59,443 nt of DNA from Actinomycetes bacterium (lineage in GTDB: Bacteria > Actinomycetota > Acidimicrobiia > Acidimicrobiales > Ilumatobacteraceae): positions 1 through 59,443 of the forward strand of contig JANPCI010000431.1 of assembly GCA_031430875.1 (NCBI GenBank), written 5' to 3'. Both the position numbers and the translations under genes were made by a program. Below the pieces are notes generated by a model. That model did not search any database and was not told the origin of the DNA. It saw only the letters and a list, made by a program, of their open reading frames with translations. This document shows, piece by piece, positions 9,179 through 17,322 of this stretch (its first letter is position 1; the number at the start of each line of letters is the position of its first letter).

Positions 9179-9547
9179 TCAGGCGAACAGCGCGGCGAAG
9201 GCGGCGGTGTCGACGTACTCGTGCAGGCCGGTGATCAGGCCGGCCTCGTCGAAGTGCACCACGACGCATACGTCGGTGCCGGCCGACACGCCGTCGGGTC
9301 GGGTGAGGCGAACGACGTGCTGCTCGACCACGAACCGGTCGCCGACACTGCGACGAATGTCGGAATACTCCACGGTCACCCCGTCCCGCTTCAGACCCTC
9401 GATCATCGTCAGCAGACCGTCGATGCCGTGTTCAGGGTTTGCGTTCTGCCGGACGCCGGCCTCGGGAGCGAACAGGTCGCTCACGCCGTCGAACTGCTGC
9501 GTCGAAAAGTGCTCGAACAACCGAGCAGTACGTGCCTCGAGGTCCAT
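9179..9547 (-). CDS. SnoaL-like / NTF2-fold small protein
   Basis: 122-aa C-terminal part of ORF 9179..9973, starting at MDLEARTARLFEHF. The upstream part of that ORF is Arg/Gly-rich noise. TACTGT lies 6 nt upstream of the ATG. Confidence 0.65.
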   Translation of the reverse strand: MDLEARTARLFEHFSTQQFDGVSDLFAPEAGVRQNANPEHGIDGLLTMIEGLKRDGVTVEYSDIRRSVGDRFVVEQHVVRLTRPDGVSAGTDVCVVVHFDEAGLITGLHEYVDTAAFAALFA

Positions 9548-9553
9548 GGTCGA

Positions 9554-9571
9554 ACAGTATCCGCGTAACCT
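9554..9571. promoter_or_regulatory. Back-to-back -10-like hexamers (TACTGT on minus at 9554-9559, TAACCT on plus at 9566-9571), each 6 nt from a start codon; leaderless divergent promoter pair
   Basis: The 30-nt intergenic string ggtcgaacagtatccgcgtaacctgctccg lies between the start codons at 9547 and 9578. Confidence 0.5.
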
Positions 9572-9577
9572 GCTCCG

Positions 9578-11041
9578 ATGACCGATCTCCTGATCGAATC
9601 GACCGTGCTCGAAGACCGGCTCCGGGCGGCGCTGCCGACCGACGTCGACTACGCGTCGGCCCGGCTCGTCGACGAACGCACGGAGCACCTGAGTGTTCGC
9701 CGCAACGAACTCGAACCGGTGTTCAACGAGTTCGACACCGGTGTCATGATCTCGATCTGGAACGGCGGGGGCCTCGGCTATGCGGCCACCACCGACCTCA
9801 GCCCGGCGGGCATCGCGGCTGCGGTTGATCGGGCCCGTTACTGGGCCGGCGTGACGGCAGGTGCGATGGTCACCACCGCTGCACCCACCAGCCATGCGAC
9901 AGGCACCTACACCTCGCCGGTCGAGGTCACCTGGGACACGCTTCCGCTGAACGACCGGCTCGAGCTGTTGCACCAGCAGTCACGACTGCTCGGCATCGAC
10001 GAGCGCATCGTCAACTGGGGCTCGTCGCTGGTTCGCCGCGACGTCGACCAGCTCCTCATCACCTCCTCCAAGAGCGGCGACGCCGGACGCATCGAACAGC
10101 GCTTCCGGTTCGTCTACCCGAGCCTGCACGCCACGGCGAACGAGGGGACCAACACCCAGACCCGCACGTTCGGCGCCAACGCATTCTGCGGCCAGGGTGG
10201 CGCCGACGTGCTCGGCCGGTTCGGCTTCGGCGACGCGGCGTCGAAGATCGCCGAACAAGCGCTGGAACTCCTCGACGCCCCGAACTGCCCCACCGGGGTG
10301 ATGGACGCTCTGCTCGCCCCCGACCAGATGGTCCTGCAGATCCACGAGTCGATCGGCCACCCGCTCGAACTCGACCGCATCCTCGGCGACGAACGCAACT
10401 ACGCCGGCACCAGCTTCGTCACCCCCGAGATGTTCGGTTCGTACCAGTACGGCTCCGAGCTGCTCAACGTCACCTTCGACCCCACCGTGCCGGGCCAACT
10501 CGCCTCGTACGGGTTCGACGACGACGGCACACCGGCCACCCGCCAGCACCTCATCGAGAACGGCATCCTCGTGCGCGGCCTCGGCGGCGCGGTGTCACAG
10601 GAACGCAGCGGGCTGCCCGGCGTGGCCAACTCGCGTGCGCAAACGTGGAACCGCCCGCCGATCGACCGGATGGCCAACCTCAACGTCGAGCCTGGCGAAT
10701 CGACCGTCGACGAGCTGATCGCTTCGATCGAGCACGGCGTGTACCTCCACACAAACAACTCGTGGTCGATCGACGACAGCCGTAACAAGTTCCAGTTCGG
10801 CTGCGAGTACGGCCAGCGCATCGAGAACGGCGAGATCGTCGGCGCCGTCCGTAACCCGGGCTACCGCGGCATCTCCTCCACCTTCTGGCGCAGCCTGAGC
10901 GGGGTCGCCAACCGTGACAGCTTCACCGTGATGGGCACGCCGAACTGCGGCAAGGGTGAACTGAACCAGGTCATCGGCACCGGACATGCCTCACCGGCCT
11001 GCAAGTTCTCGAACATCGAGGTGTTCGGGGGCGAGGAATGA
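9578..11041 (+). CDS. tldD: TldD family metalloprotease
   Basis: 487-aa ORF with the HESIGHPLE zinc motif and TldD/PmbA family architecture. Stop overlaps the next start (ATGA). Confidence 0.9.
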   Translation: MTDLLIESTVLEDRLRAALPTDVDYASARLVDERTEHLSVRRNELEPVFNEFDTGVMISIWNGGGLGYAATTDLSPAGIAAAVDRARYWAGVTAGAMVTTAAPTSHATGTYTSPVEVTWDTLPLNDRLELLHQQSRLLGIDERIVNWGSSLVRRDVDQLLITSSKSGDAGRIEQRFRFVYPSLHATANEGTNTQTRTFGANAFCGQGGADVLGRFGFGDAASKIAEQALELLDAPNCPTGVMDALLAPDQMVLQIHESIGHPLELDRILGDERNYAGTSFVTPEMFGSYQYGSELLNVTFDPTVPGQLASYGFDDDGTPATRQHLIENGILVRGLGGAVSQERSGLPGVANSRAQTWNRPPIDRMANLNVEPGESTVDELIASIEHGVYLHTNNSWSIDDSRNKFQFGCEYGQRIENGEIVGAVRNPGYRGISSTFWRSLSGVANRDSFTVMGTPNCGKGELNQVIGTGHASPACKFSNIEVFGGEE

Positions 11042-12399
11042 GCGGCGACACGCGCGTCGAGAACCGGGTCGACGATCAGGCCTACTTCGACCAACTCGTC
11101 ACCGGGGCGACCGCATCACTCGTCGGCGATGAGGTGCTGCTCGCCAACGTGGCAGGCGAGCGCACCGACTTCATCCGCCTCAACAACGGCGACGTTCGCC
11201 AGGCCGGCAGCGTCGACCAGCGCACGCTGACGGTCGACCTGATCGAAGGGCGACGTCACGTCGGCGGCAGCATCCGGCTCTCGGGCGTGCAATCGATCGA
11301 CGACGCCCGCCTGAGCGCCCTGCTCGTCCAATTACGCGACCAGCGTCGCCTCGTGGCCGACGACCCGTTCCTGCTCTACAACACCGACCCCACGTCGACC
11401 CAACGGATCGAGCGCGGGTCGATCCCCGAACCCGATGCAGCCCTCGCCGACATCCGTGCCGCAAGCAACGGCCGCGACCTCGTCGGTATCTACGCCGCGG
11501 GCGACACGTTCCAGGGCTTCGCCAACAGCCTCGGCCAGCGGAACTGGTTCGAGTCGTCGACGTTCAACCTCGACTGGTGCTTCTACCTCCGCGCCGACAA
11601 GGCCGCGAAGAACATCTACGCCGGCTTCGACTGGAACGACGACGCCTTCGCCGCCAAGGTCGACTGGTCGGCCCGTCAGCTGGTTGCGCTCGAACGCGAT
11701 CCAATCAGCTTGAAGCCCGGCGACTACCGCACCTACCTCGCCCCACGCGCCATGGAGGACCTCGTCCAACTCCTGGCGCACTACGGAGCGTTCGGACTCC
11801 GGGCCCGTGAGACTCGCCAGACCCCACTCTTGAGGATGCTCGTCGACGACGTGAAGCTCTCGCCCCTCCTGTCGATCAGCGAGGACACGGCCAACGGTGT
11901 CGCGGCGAACTTCCAGTCGGCAGGATTCCTCCGACCCGACTCGGTGCCGTTGATCGTCGACGGCGTCTACGCCCAAACACTCGTGTCGCCTCGTTCGGCC
12001 CAGGAGTACGGCGTGCCCACCAACGGTGCCACGGGCGGCGAGTATCCGCTGTCGATGGCGGTCGCCCCGGGTCAGTTGCCGACCGACTCGGTGAACGAGG
12101 CCCTCGGCACCGGGCTCTTCGTCGGCAACCTCTGGTACCTCAATTTCTCCGACCAGTCGGCGTGTCGCACCACCGGGATGACCCGGTTCGCGACGTTCTG
12201 GATGGACGACGGCGAGATCGTCGCCCCGGTCAACGTTCTGCGCTTCGACGACACCGCCTACCACCTGCTCGGCGACCACCTCGAAGGCCTCACCGACACC
12301 GCCGAGGTGCTCCTCGACGCCGCCAGCTACGGCGAACGCTCAACCAGCAGCGCCCGGCTCCCCGGCGCCCTCGTCGGCGCCATGCGCTTCGTCCTCTAA
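11038..12399 (+). CDS. pmbA: PmbA/TldE family protein (TldD partner)
   Basis: 453-aa ORF, translationally coupled to tldD. Family-like C-terminus (GLFVGNLWYLNF...MTRFATFW). No HExxxH motif. Confidence 0.8.
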   Translation: MSGDTRVENRVDDQAYFDQLVTGATASLVGDEVLLANVAGERTDFIRLNNGDVRQAGSVDQRTLTVDLIEGRRHVGGSIRLSGVQSIDDARLSALLVQLRDQRRLVADDPFLLYNTDPTSTQRIERGSIPEPDAALADIRAASNGRDLVGIYAAGDTFQGFANSLGQRNWFESSTFNLDWCFYLRADKAAKNIYAGFDWNDDAFAAKVDWSARQLVALERDPISLKPGDYRTYLAPRAMEDLVQLLAHYGAFGLRARETRQTPLLRMLVDDVKLSPLLSISEDTANGVAANFQSAGFLRPDSVPLIVDGVYAQTLVSPRSAQEYGVPTNGATGGEYPLSMAVAPGQLPTDSVNEALGTGLFVGNLWYLNFSDQSACRTTGMTRFATFWMDDGEIVAPVNVLRFDDTAYHLLGDHLEGLTDTAEVLLDAASYGERSTSSARLPGALVGAMRFVL

Positions 12400-12400
12400 A

Positions 12401-12430
12401 CCGTCACACGGTGCCGGGTCAAACGTGACG
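12401..12430 (+). repeat. Family A intergenic repeat, copy A1 (CCGTCACACGGTGCCGGGTCAAACGTGACG)
   Basis: Identical 30-mer at 12934..12963 and, reverse-complemented, at 25363..25392. Contains the CGTCAC/GTGACG inverted hexamers. Includes the GTG start (12425) of the GNAT gene. Confidence 0.85.
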
Positions 12431-12931
12431 ATTCGCCACGAGCGACCAGCCGACTTCGAAGCGATCGACGAGATCGTGTCGGCGGCGTTCCTCGCCGAGT
12501 TCGGCACCACAACCGAAGCCGCGCTGGTTCGATCGATGCGCGAGCGCGAGGAACTGATCAGCGACCTCACGTTGGTGGCCGAAATCGATGGACGCATCGT
12601 CGGTCACATCGCGTTCAGCGAAGTCACCCTCGACGGCCACGCCGCCCGCGGCCTCGGGCTCGCACCTGTTGCGGTGTCGCCCGACGTCCAGAAGGCCGGC
12701 ATCGGATCGCTGCTGATCTCGACTGCGTTGGAAGCGGCCGAACACAACGGCTGGCAGTGGGTCGTCGTGCTCGGCGATCCGGCCTACTACCCCAAGTTCG
12801 GGTTTGCGCCGGCAGCTGCTTTCGGCCTCACCGGCGACTATGGAGACCACGCCGGTTGGATGGTTCGACCGCTCGGAAGCGCAGCCATCCCGTCGGGACA
12901 CGTCCGGTACTGCTCCTCGTTCCACGATTGA
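12425..12931 (+). CDS. GNAT family N-acetyltransferase (YhbS-like)
   Basis: 168-aa ORF. GNAT core (VSPDVQKAGIGSLLISTALEAA), C-terminal YYPKFGF. Confidence 0.85.
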   Translation: MTIRHERPADFEAIDEIVSAAFLAEFGTTTEAALVRSMREREELISDLTLVAEIDGRIVGHIAFSEVTLDGHAARGLGLAPVAVSPDVQKAGIGSLLISTALEAAEHNGWQWVVVLGDPAYYPKFGFAPAAAFGLTGDYGDHAGWMVRPLGSAAIPSGHVRYCSSFHD

Positions 12932-12933
12932 AC

Positions 12934-12963
12934 CCGTCACACGGTGCCGGGTCAAACGTGACG
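12934..12963 (+). repeat. Family A intergenic repeat, copy A2
   Basis: Starts 3 nt after the GNAT stop. Identical 30-mer to A1. Confidence 0.85.
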
Positions 12964-13010
12964 TTTCGTTGCGGTTGTAGGCGGCGGATCGCAGCGGTAC
13001 GGTCGATGGC

Positions 13011-13265
13011 ATGAAGAAACTCCTCCTGATCATTGCCATCATCGGCGCGGCCGCCGCCGCAGCCGCTGCGTTCCGCAGCAACGGCGCGAAGACCGGGGCC
13101 AGCAAGGCCACCACCTCCACGAGCACCTTCGCCCAGCAGGCCAAGGACAAAGTTGCGCCCGCCGCCGACAAGGCCGCCGATGCGGTCAAGGATGCGGCCG
13201 ACTCCGTCAGCGATGCGGCCGACGACGCTGCCGACGCCGTGAAGGACGTCGCCTCCACCAACTGA
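13011..13265 (+). CDS. Small Ala/Asp/Lys-rich protein with an N-terminal hydrophobic anchor or signal
   Basis: 84-aa ORF with high GC3. MKKLLLIIAIIGAAAAAAAAF followed by repeated DAA(D/K) segments. TACGGT lies 7 nt upstream of the ATG. Confidence 0.6.
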   Translation: MKKLLLIIAIIGAAAAAAAAFRSNGAKTGASKATTSTSTFAQQAKDKVAPAADKAADAVKDAADSVSDAADDAADAVKDVASTN

Positions 13266-13272
13266 GTCGTCG

Positions 13273-13914
13273 ATGCGCCATGATGGGCGCATGACGATCC
13301 AACTGGTCGGAGTCGGCCTCGGCCGCACCGGAACACTGTCGCTCAAGCTGGCGCTCGAACGACTGCTCGGTGGTACCTGCCATCACATGTTCGAAGTGTT
13401 CGCGCACCCCGAAGAAGTCGAAGTGTGGGACGCGGCGATGCACGGCGAGCCCGTCGACTATCCCGGGTTGCTCGACGGGTATTGCGCCATCGTCGACTAC
13501 CCCGGCGCGGCCGTCTGGCGCGAGCTCGCGTCGGCGTTCCCCGACGCACCGGTGTTGCTGTCGACGCGCTCGTCGGCCCAGGTGTGGTGGGACAGTGCCA
13601 GCTCCACCATCTTTCCTTCGACGCAGCGCCCAGCTGACGGTGACGACTACAGCCAGCGACACAGGGCGATGATCAACGCGATGTTCGACCGCAACCTCGG
13701 TGTTTCGTTGGACGACGCCGACGGCGTGATGGCCGCCTACGACGCGCACAATGCGGCGGTGCGCTACGAGATCGCACCCGAACGGCTCTTCGAGTACCAG
13801 CCCGGCGGCGGCTGGGGGCCGCTGTGCGCTGCGCTCGGCCTGCCCGAGCCGGCGGAGCCGTTCCCGCACACGAACACCCGCGAGGAGTTCCGCTCGCACG
13901 CCGGACTCGACTGA
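13273..13914 (+). CDS. Sulfotransferase family protein
   Basis: 213-aa ORF. N-terminal GLGRTGTLSLKLALERLLG..CHHM resembles a PAPS-binding loop. The start may be the ATG at 13291. Confidence 0.7.
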   Translation: MRHDGRMTIQLVGVGLGRTGTLSLKLALERLLGGTCHHMFEVFAHPEEVEVWDAAMHGEPVDYPGLLDGYCAIVDYPGAAVWRELASAFPDAPVLLSTRSSAQVWWDSASSTIFPSTQRPADGDDYSQRHRAMINAMFDRNLGVSLDDADGVMAAYDAHNAAVRYEIAPERLFEYQPGGGWGPLCAALGLPEPAEPFPHTNTREEFRSHAGLD

Positions 13915-14041
13915 CACAACAATCAACTGGCGCCGCCGCGCGATCGGCGGGCCTCCGTCCAACCCTGTTACAGCCCCGCGTCACACTCGTCGACAGGCGT
14001 TCAGATCGCGCGCCGGAGCACGAGAACCGGAGGATGAAACG

Positions 14042-14515
14042 ATGTTGGTACTGATCGCAACAAATGATCTGCAGGGAACCGTCGACAACGACTACGCCTG
14101 GACCGTCGAAGGCGAACTCGTCACGCCGGTGGCCACCGAGTGCGCCTCGGGCGAGCGGTGCGGCTGCAACCGCGGCTTTCCCGGCCTGGCGAGCGGATTC
14201 GCAACCACCACGGCGATGGTCGTGAACCGCCCCGGGGTCACCGAGGCCGACCTCCGTGACGCCGTGTACGACTGGCTCGATCGCGGCGGGTGGATCGACC
14301 TACTCGAGCAGACCGCCGTCGACCGTGCGAACGCCGCCGGCCACGACGGCTTCCTTGCCATCGACGAGTACGACGACATCGACACCATGGTCGACTCGAT
14401 CATCGCCGAACACCTCGACATGATCCACGAGGTCTGCTCGTCGTTCCCCGAAGGCACCGTGGTCGTTCGTCGGGGCCTCCTCGTCGCCGCCCGATCGCAT
14501 CCCTTCGCTGCCTGA
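14042..14515 (+). CDS. Hypothetical protein (about 157 aa)
   Basis: In-frame ATG at 14042, preceded by GGAGGA. The upstream part of ORF 13751..14515 is Arg/Ser-rich and overlaps the sulfotransferase. Confidence 0.55.
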   Translation: MLVLIATNDLQGTVDNDYAWTVEGELVTPVATECASGERCGCNRGFPGLASGFATTTAMVVNRPGVTEADLRDAVYDWLDRGGWIDLLEQTAVDRANAAGHDGFLAIDEYDDIDTMVDSIIAEHLDMIHEVCSSFPEGTVVVRRGLLVAARSHPFAA

Positions 14516-14845
14516 ACCCCCGATGTCACACGAACACCTCGTGAGGTACCGTGCAGCCCATGGTGCATGAGTGAGTCGCCAACGAGCGCCAAGACCGCTC
14601 ACATGTCGCCGGGCGCCTCAAGGGCGTCAGCAACGCCGGTCGGCTCCTTCCCCGACTCGACAATCGGACTGACGACGAGATCCTCGGGTACGACAAACAC
14701 GGTCTCCCATCGTGAGCCTCGACGTCGTGCCCTACGGTCGACGCCCAGCTGAACCACGCGATCTCCCCCGAAACAGGCCCTATGTCCCTGGCCTGGTGGA
14801 GTGCCCCGAGTAGTGTCAGCACTGACATCGAACCCTGGAGGGCCA

Positions 14846-16438
14846 ATGAATCGTCTCGTTGTGTTGCTTGCCGTCGGCGCCGTAGCCATGGCTTCCTGTG
14901 GAGGCGGCGACTCGTCGTCGAGTGATGCCACCACCGATGTAAAAGAGACCACCGAAGCGACCACCGGCTCCACGGAATCGCCGACTACCGAGGCGAGTGC
15001 GTTCGACATCGCCGACGTCGAACAATCCGTCGTCAAGATCCTGGCCCAAGGCACCTTCGTCGACCCCGAGGTCGGCGAACAGCGGAACTCCGCCGGTGTC
15101 GGCAGCGGCGCGATCGTCTCCGAAGATGGAATCGTCGTCACGAACAACCACGTCGTGACGGGCGCCGCGCTGTTGCAGGTCACGGTGCCCGGCCAGGACG
15201 AGCCCGTGAATGCAAAGATCCTCGGGGTCAGCGAGTGTTCCGACCTCGCGGTGATCCAACTCGAAGGCTCCGGGTACACGCCGCTGTCGTACTACGACGG
15301 CGAGGTGACAACCGGGCTCGAGGTCTATGCCGCCGGCTATCCGGCCAGCGACGCGAGCACGATCGACGAGGTCGACTACACCCTCACCCGCGGCATCATC
15401 AGCGCGACGACCGCGAGTGGTGAGACGAACTGGGCGTCGGTCGACGCCGTTCTCGAACACGATGCTCGTATTCGCGGCGGCAACTCGGGCGGTCCGCTGG
15501 TCGACACCGAAGGTCGCATCGTCGGCGTCAACTACGCCGGCAACGACTCGAGCGATCAGAACTATGCCATCGCCGCCACCGACGCCCGTCCGATCATCGA
15601 CGAACTCATGGCAGGGAACAACGTCGAGTCGATCGGCATCAACGGTCAAGCGGTGTTCGACGAAGAGCAGGGCATCAACGGCATTTGGGTCGCCAGCGTC
15701 GAGAGTGGCTCCCCGGCCGACGCCGCCGGCATCCTTCCCGGCGACATCATCACCCGTCTGGAAGGCCTTGACCTGGCCCTCGACGGCACGATGAGCGACT
15801 ACTGCGACATCCTTCGCACCCAGGGCGCCGATGCCACCATGAGTGTCGAGGTGCTTCGCTTCTCGACCGAAGAGGTCTACGAGGGGCAGCTCAACGGCGA
15901 TCCTCTCGCACTGTCGTTCTCGTTCGCTCAGACCTTCGACGACGCGATCGTCAACGATGATCCGGCCGCTGCGACCGACACCTACACCGAGTACGTCAAT
16001 ATCTCCGACGACAGCGGCTCGATCAGCACCGATGTGCCGGTCGAGTGGGCCGACATCAACGGCGCACCGAACCCCGACTTCGGCCCGAGCCTCTACGCGG
16101 CGCCCAACCTCGACGAGTTCACCGGCACATTCGGAACCCCGGGCGTCATCATCGAGGCAACGAGCGCTCGGAGTTTGCCCGACATCGATTCGACACTCGA
16201 CGAAATCAACTTCGCCGACTCGTGTACCTACGAGGGGCGCAGCCCGTACGCCGACGCCCTGTACGCGGGATCGATCGACACGTGGTCGAACTGTGGCGGT
16301 ATCGGTGCCATCGTGCTCGTCGTCGCCGTCGTACCCGTCGACGGGAGTTATCTCGCACGGGTTCTGATCCAAGCAGTCGAAGAGCGCGACCTCGACGCGG
16401 CCGACCAGATCTTCAACACGTTCGTCGCCAGCCCCTGA
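14846..16438 (+). CDS. Secreted/lipoprotein trypsin-like serine protease with a PDZ domain (HtrA-like) and an extra C-terminal domain
   Basis: ATG at 14846 after GGAG. Lipobox-like LLAVGAVAMASCGG. TNNHVV and GNSGGPLVD catalytic motifs. PDZ-like GSPADAAGILPGDIITRLEG. Confidence 0.85.
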   Translation: MNRLVVLLAVGAVAMASCGGGDSSSSDATTDVKETTEATTGSTESPTTEASAFDIADVEQSVVKILAQGTFVDPEVGEQRNSAGVGSGAIVSEDGIVVTNNHVVTGAALLQVTVPGQDEPVNAKILGVSECSDLAVIQLEGSGYTPLSYYDGEVTTGLEVYAAGYPASDASTIDEVDYTLTRGIISATTASGETNWASVDAVLEHDARIRGGNSGGPLVDTEGRIVGVNYAGNDSSDQNYAIAATDARPIIDELMAGNNVESIGINGQAVFDEEQGINGIWVASVESGSPADAAGILPGDIITRLEGLDLALDGTMSDYCDILRTQGADATMSVEVLRFSTEEVYEGQLNGDPLALSFSFAQTFDDAIVNDDPAAATDTYTEYVNISDDSGSISTDVPVEWADINGAPNPDFGPSLYAAPNLDEFTGTFGTPGVIIEATSARSLPDIDSTLDEINFADSCTYEGRSPYADALYAGSIDTWSNCGGIGAIVLVVAVVPVDGSYLARVLIQAVEERDLDAADQIFNTFVASP

Positions 16439-16460
16439 CGTTCCTCCCTGACGTAACCCG

Positions 16461-17312
16461 TCAGAGCAACGTCAATGCGTCGCCGACTGCGACGGCGCCC
16501 GGCGTGATGATCGTGGCATAGACGCCGAGGTTCTGGTCGAGATCGCGAACGATGTGGCGCAGAACCGGGCCGTCCGCGGGGATCGCATCGTTGATCTCGC
16601 GGGTCACCATCACACAGCGAGGGCATGGCGCGCCGAACTCGATCGTCGCCGAACCGATGGTGGCGCGCCGGCCACGCCAGTCGAACTCGGGATGGCCCGG
16701 TGTCGACGCGTCGGCGCCGGCATCGCCCGTGTCGATCATCAGCGAGGGCCTGAACCGGCGAATGTCGACGTTCGAGTCGGGCAGCGCCCGCGCCAACGCC
16801 GTGAGTGCCGCCGTGGTCATCACCATCAGCGGGAACACGTCGTAGTAGGTGCCCGGCGGTGATTCGAACTCCGAGATGATCGGCGGGAAGATCGAGAAGT
16901 CGGGGAACGGCTCGTCGGCCTCACGTCCGAAGACTCCCCGCAATTCGGCCACCACATCGTCGGAGTCGGGAGCGCCACGACGGTAATGCTCGAGGTCGTC
17001 GGCCGGGCGTAACCGCTCGAGGCGCACCGGATGATCGATCGCCGCACTGACGCGTTCGTGAACGTCGGTGTCGCTCGTGCGCACGGTGGATCCATCGGGC
17101 AGGGTGATCTCCACGTCGCCATCGCCGAGATCGTGTGCGGCGAGACGCATCAGGGTGCCGATCTTCTTCGCTCCGCGAATGCCTCCCCGTTCGAGGTCGC
17201 GGGCTGCCCACGTCCGGTCACCGACGACGCCGAGCGCGTCGAGTTCGATCGCGTCGACGGTCTCTCCAACCATCGACTTCACCGGATAGCGCCACAGCTC
17301 GCTGACCTGCAT
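16461..17312 (-). CDS. MOSC domain-containing protein
   Basis: 283-aa portion of ORF 16461..17645, from MQVSELWRYPVKSM. Conserved Cys context GAPCPRCVMVT. Confidence 0.85.
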   Translation of the reverse strand: MQVSELWRYPVKSMVGETVDAIELDALGVVGDRTWAARDLERGGIRGAKKIGTLMRLAAHDLGDGDVEITLPDGSTVRTSDTDVHERVSAAIDHPVRLERLRPADDLEHYRRGAPDSDDVVAELRGVFGREADEPFPDFSIFPPIISEFESPPGTYYDVFPLMVMTTAALTALARALPDSNVDIRRFRPSLMIDTGDAGADASTPGHPEFDWRGRRATIGSATIEFGAPCPRCVMVTREINDAIPADGPVLRHIVRDLDQNLGVYATIITPGAVAVGDALTLL

Positions 17313-17322
17313 GCGCACGGCG

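Noticed and set aside
9578-12399. TldD/PmbA as maturation proteases of a nearby RiPP
   Set aside because: No precursor peptide, cyclodehydratase or exporter is adjacent. The pair is a common housekeeping module.
12399-12968. GNAT gene as an integron cassette with attC sites
   Set aside because: No integron integrase or attI is in the window. The 30-mer lacks the R/L box organisation (GTTRRRY core) of attC and also occurs at an unrelated divergent promoter.
12340-13346. Recurring peptides VTFDPAPCDG and SVGPSQPNCYANR / CVTVWLGR in several ORF-track entries, which could look like a conserved protein motif
   Set aside because: They are simply translations of the family A and family B DNA repeats in non-coding spacers. 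The host ORFs are otherwise noise.
14816-16372. 518-aa minus-strand ORF
   Set aside because: It is antisense to the HtrA-like protease, whose catalytic motifs are clear.
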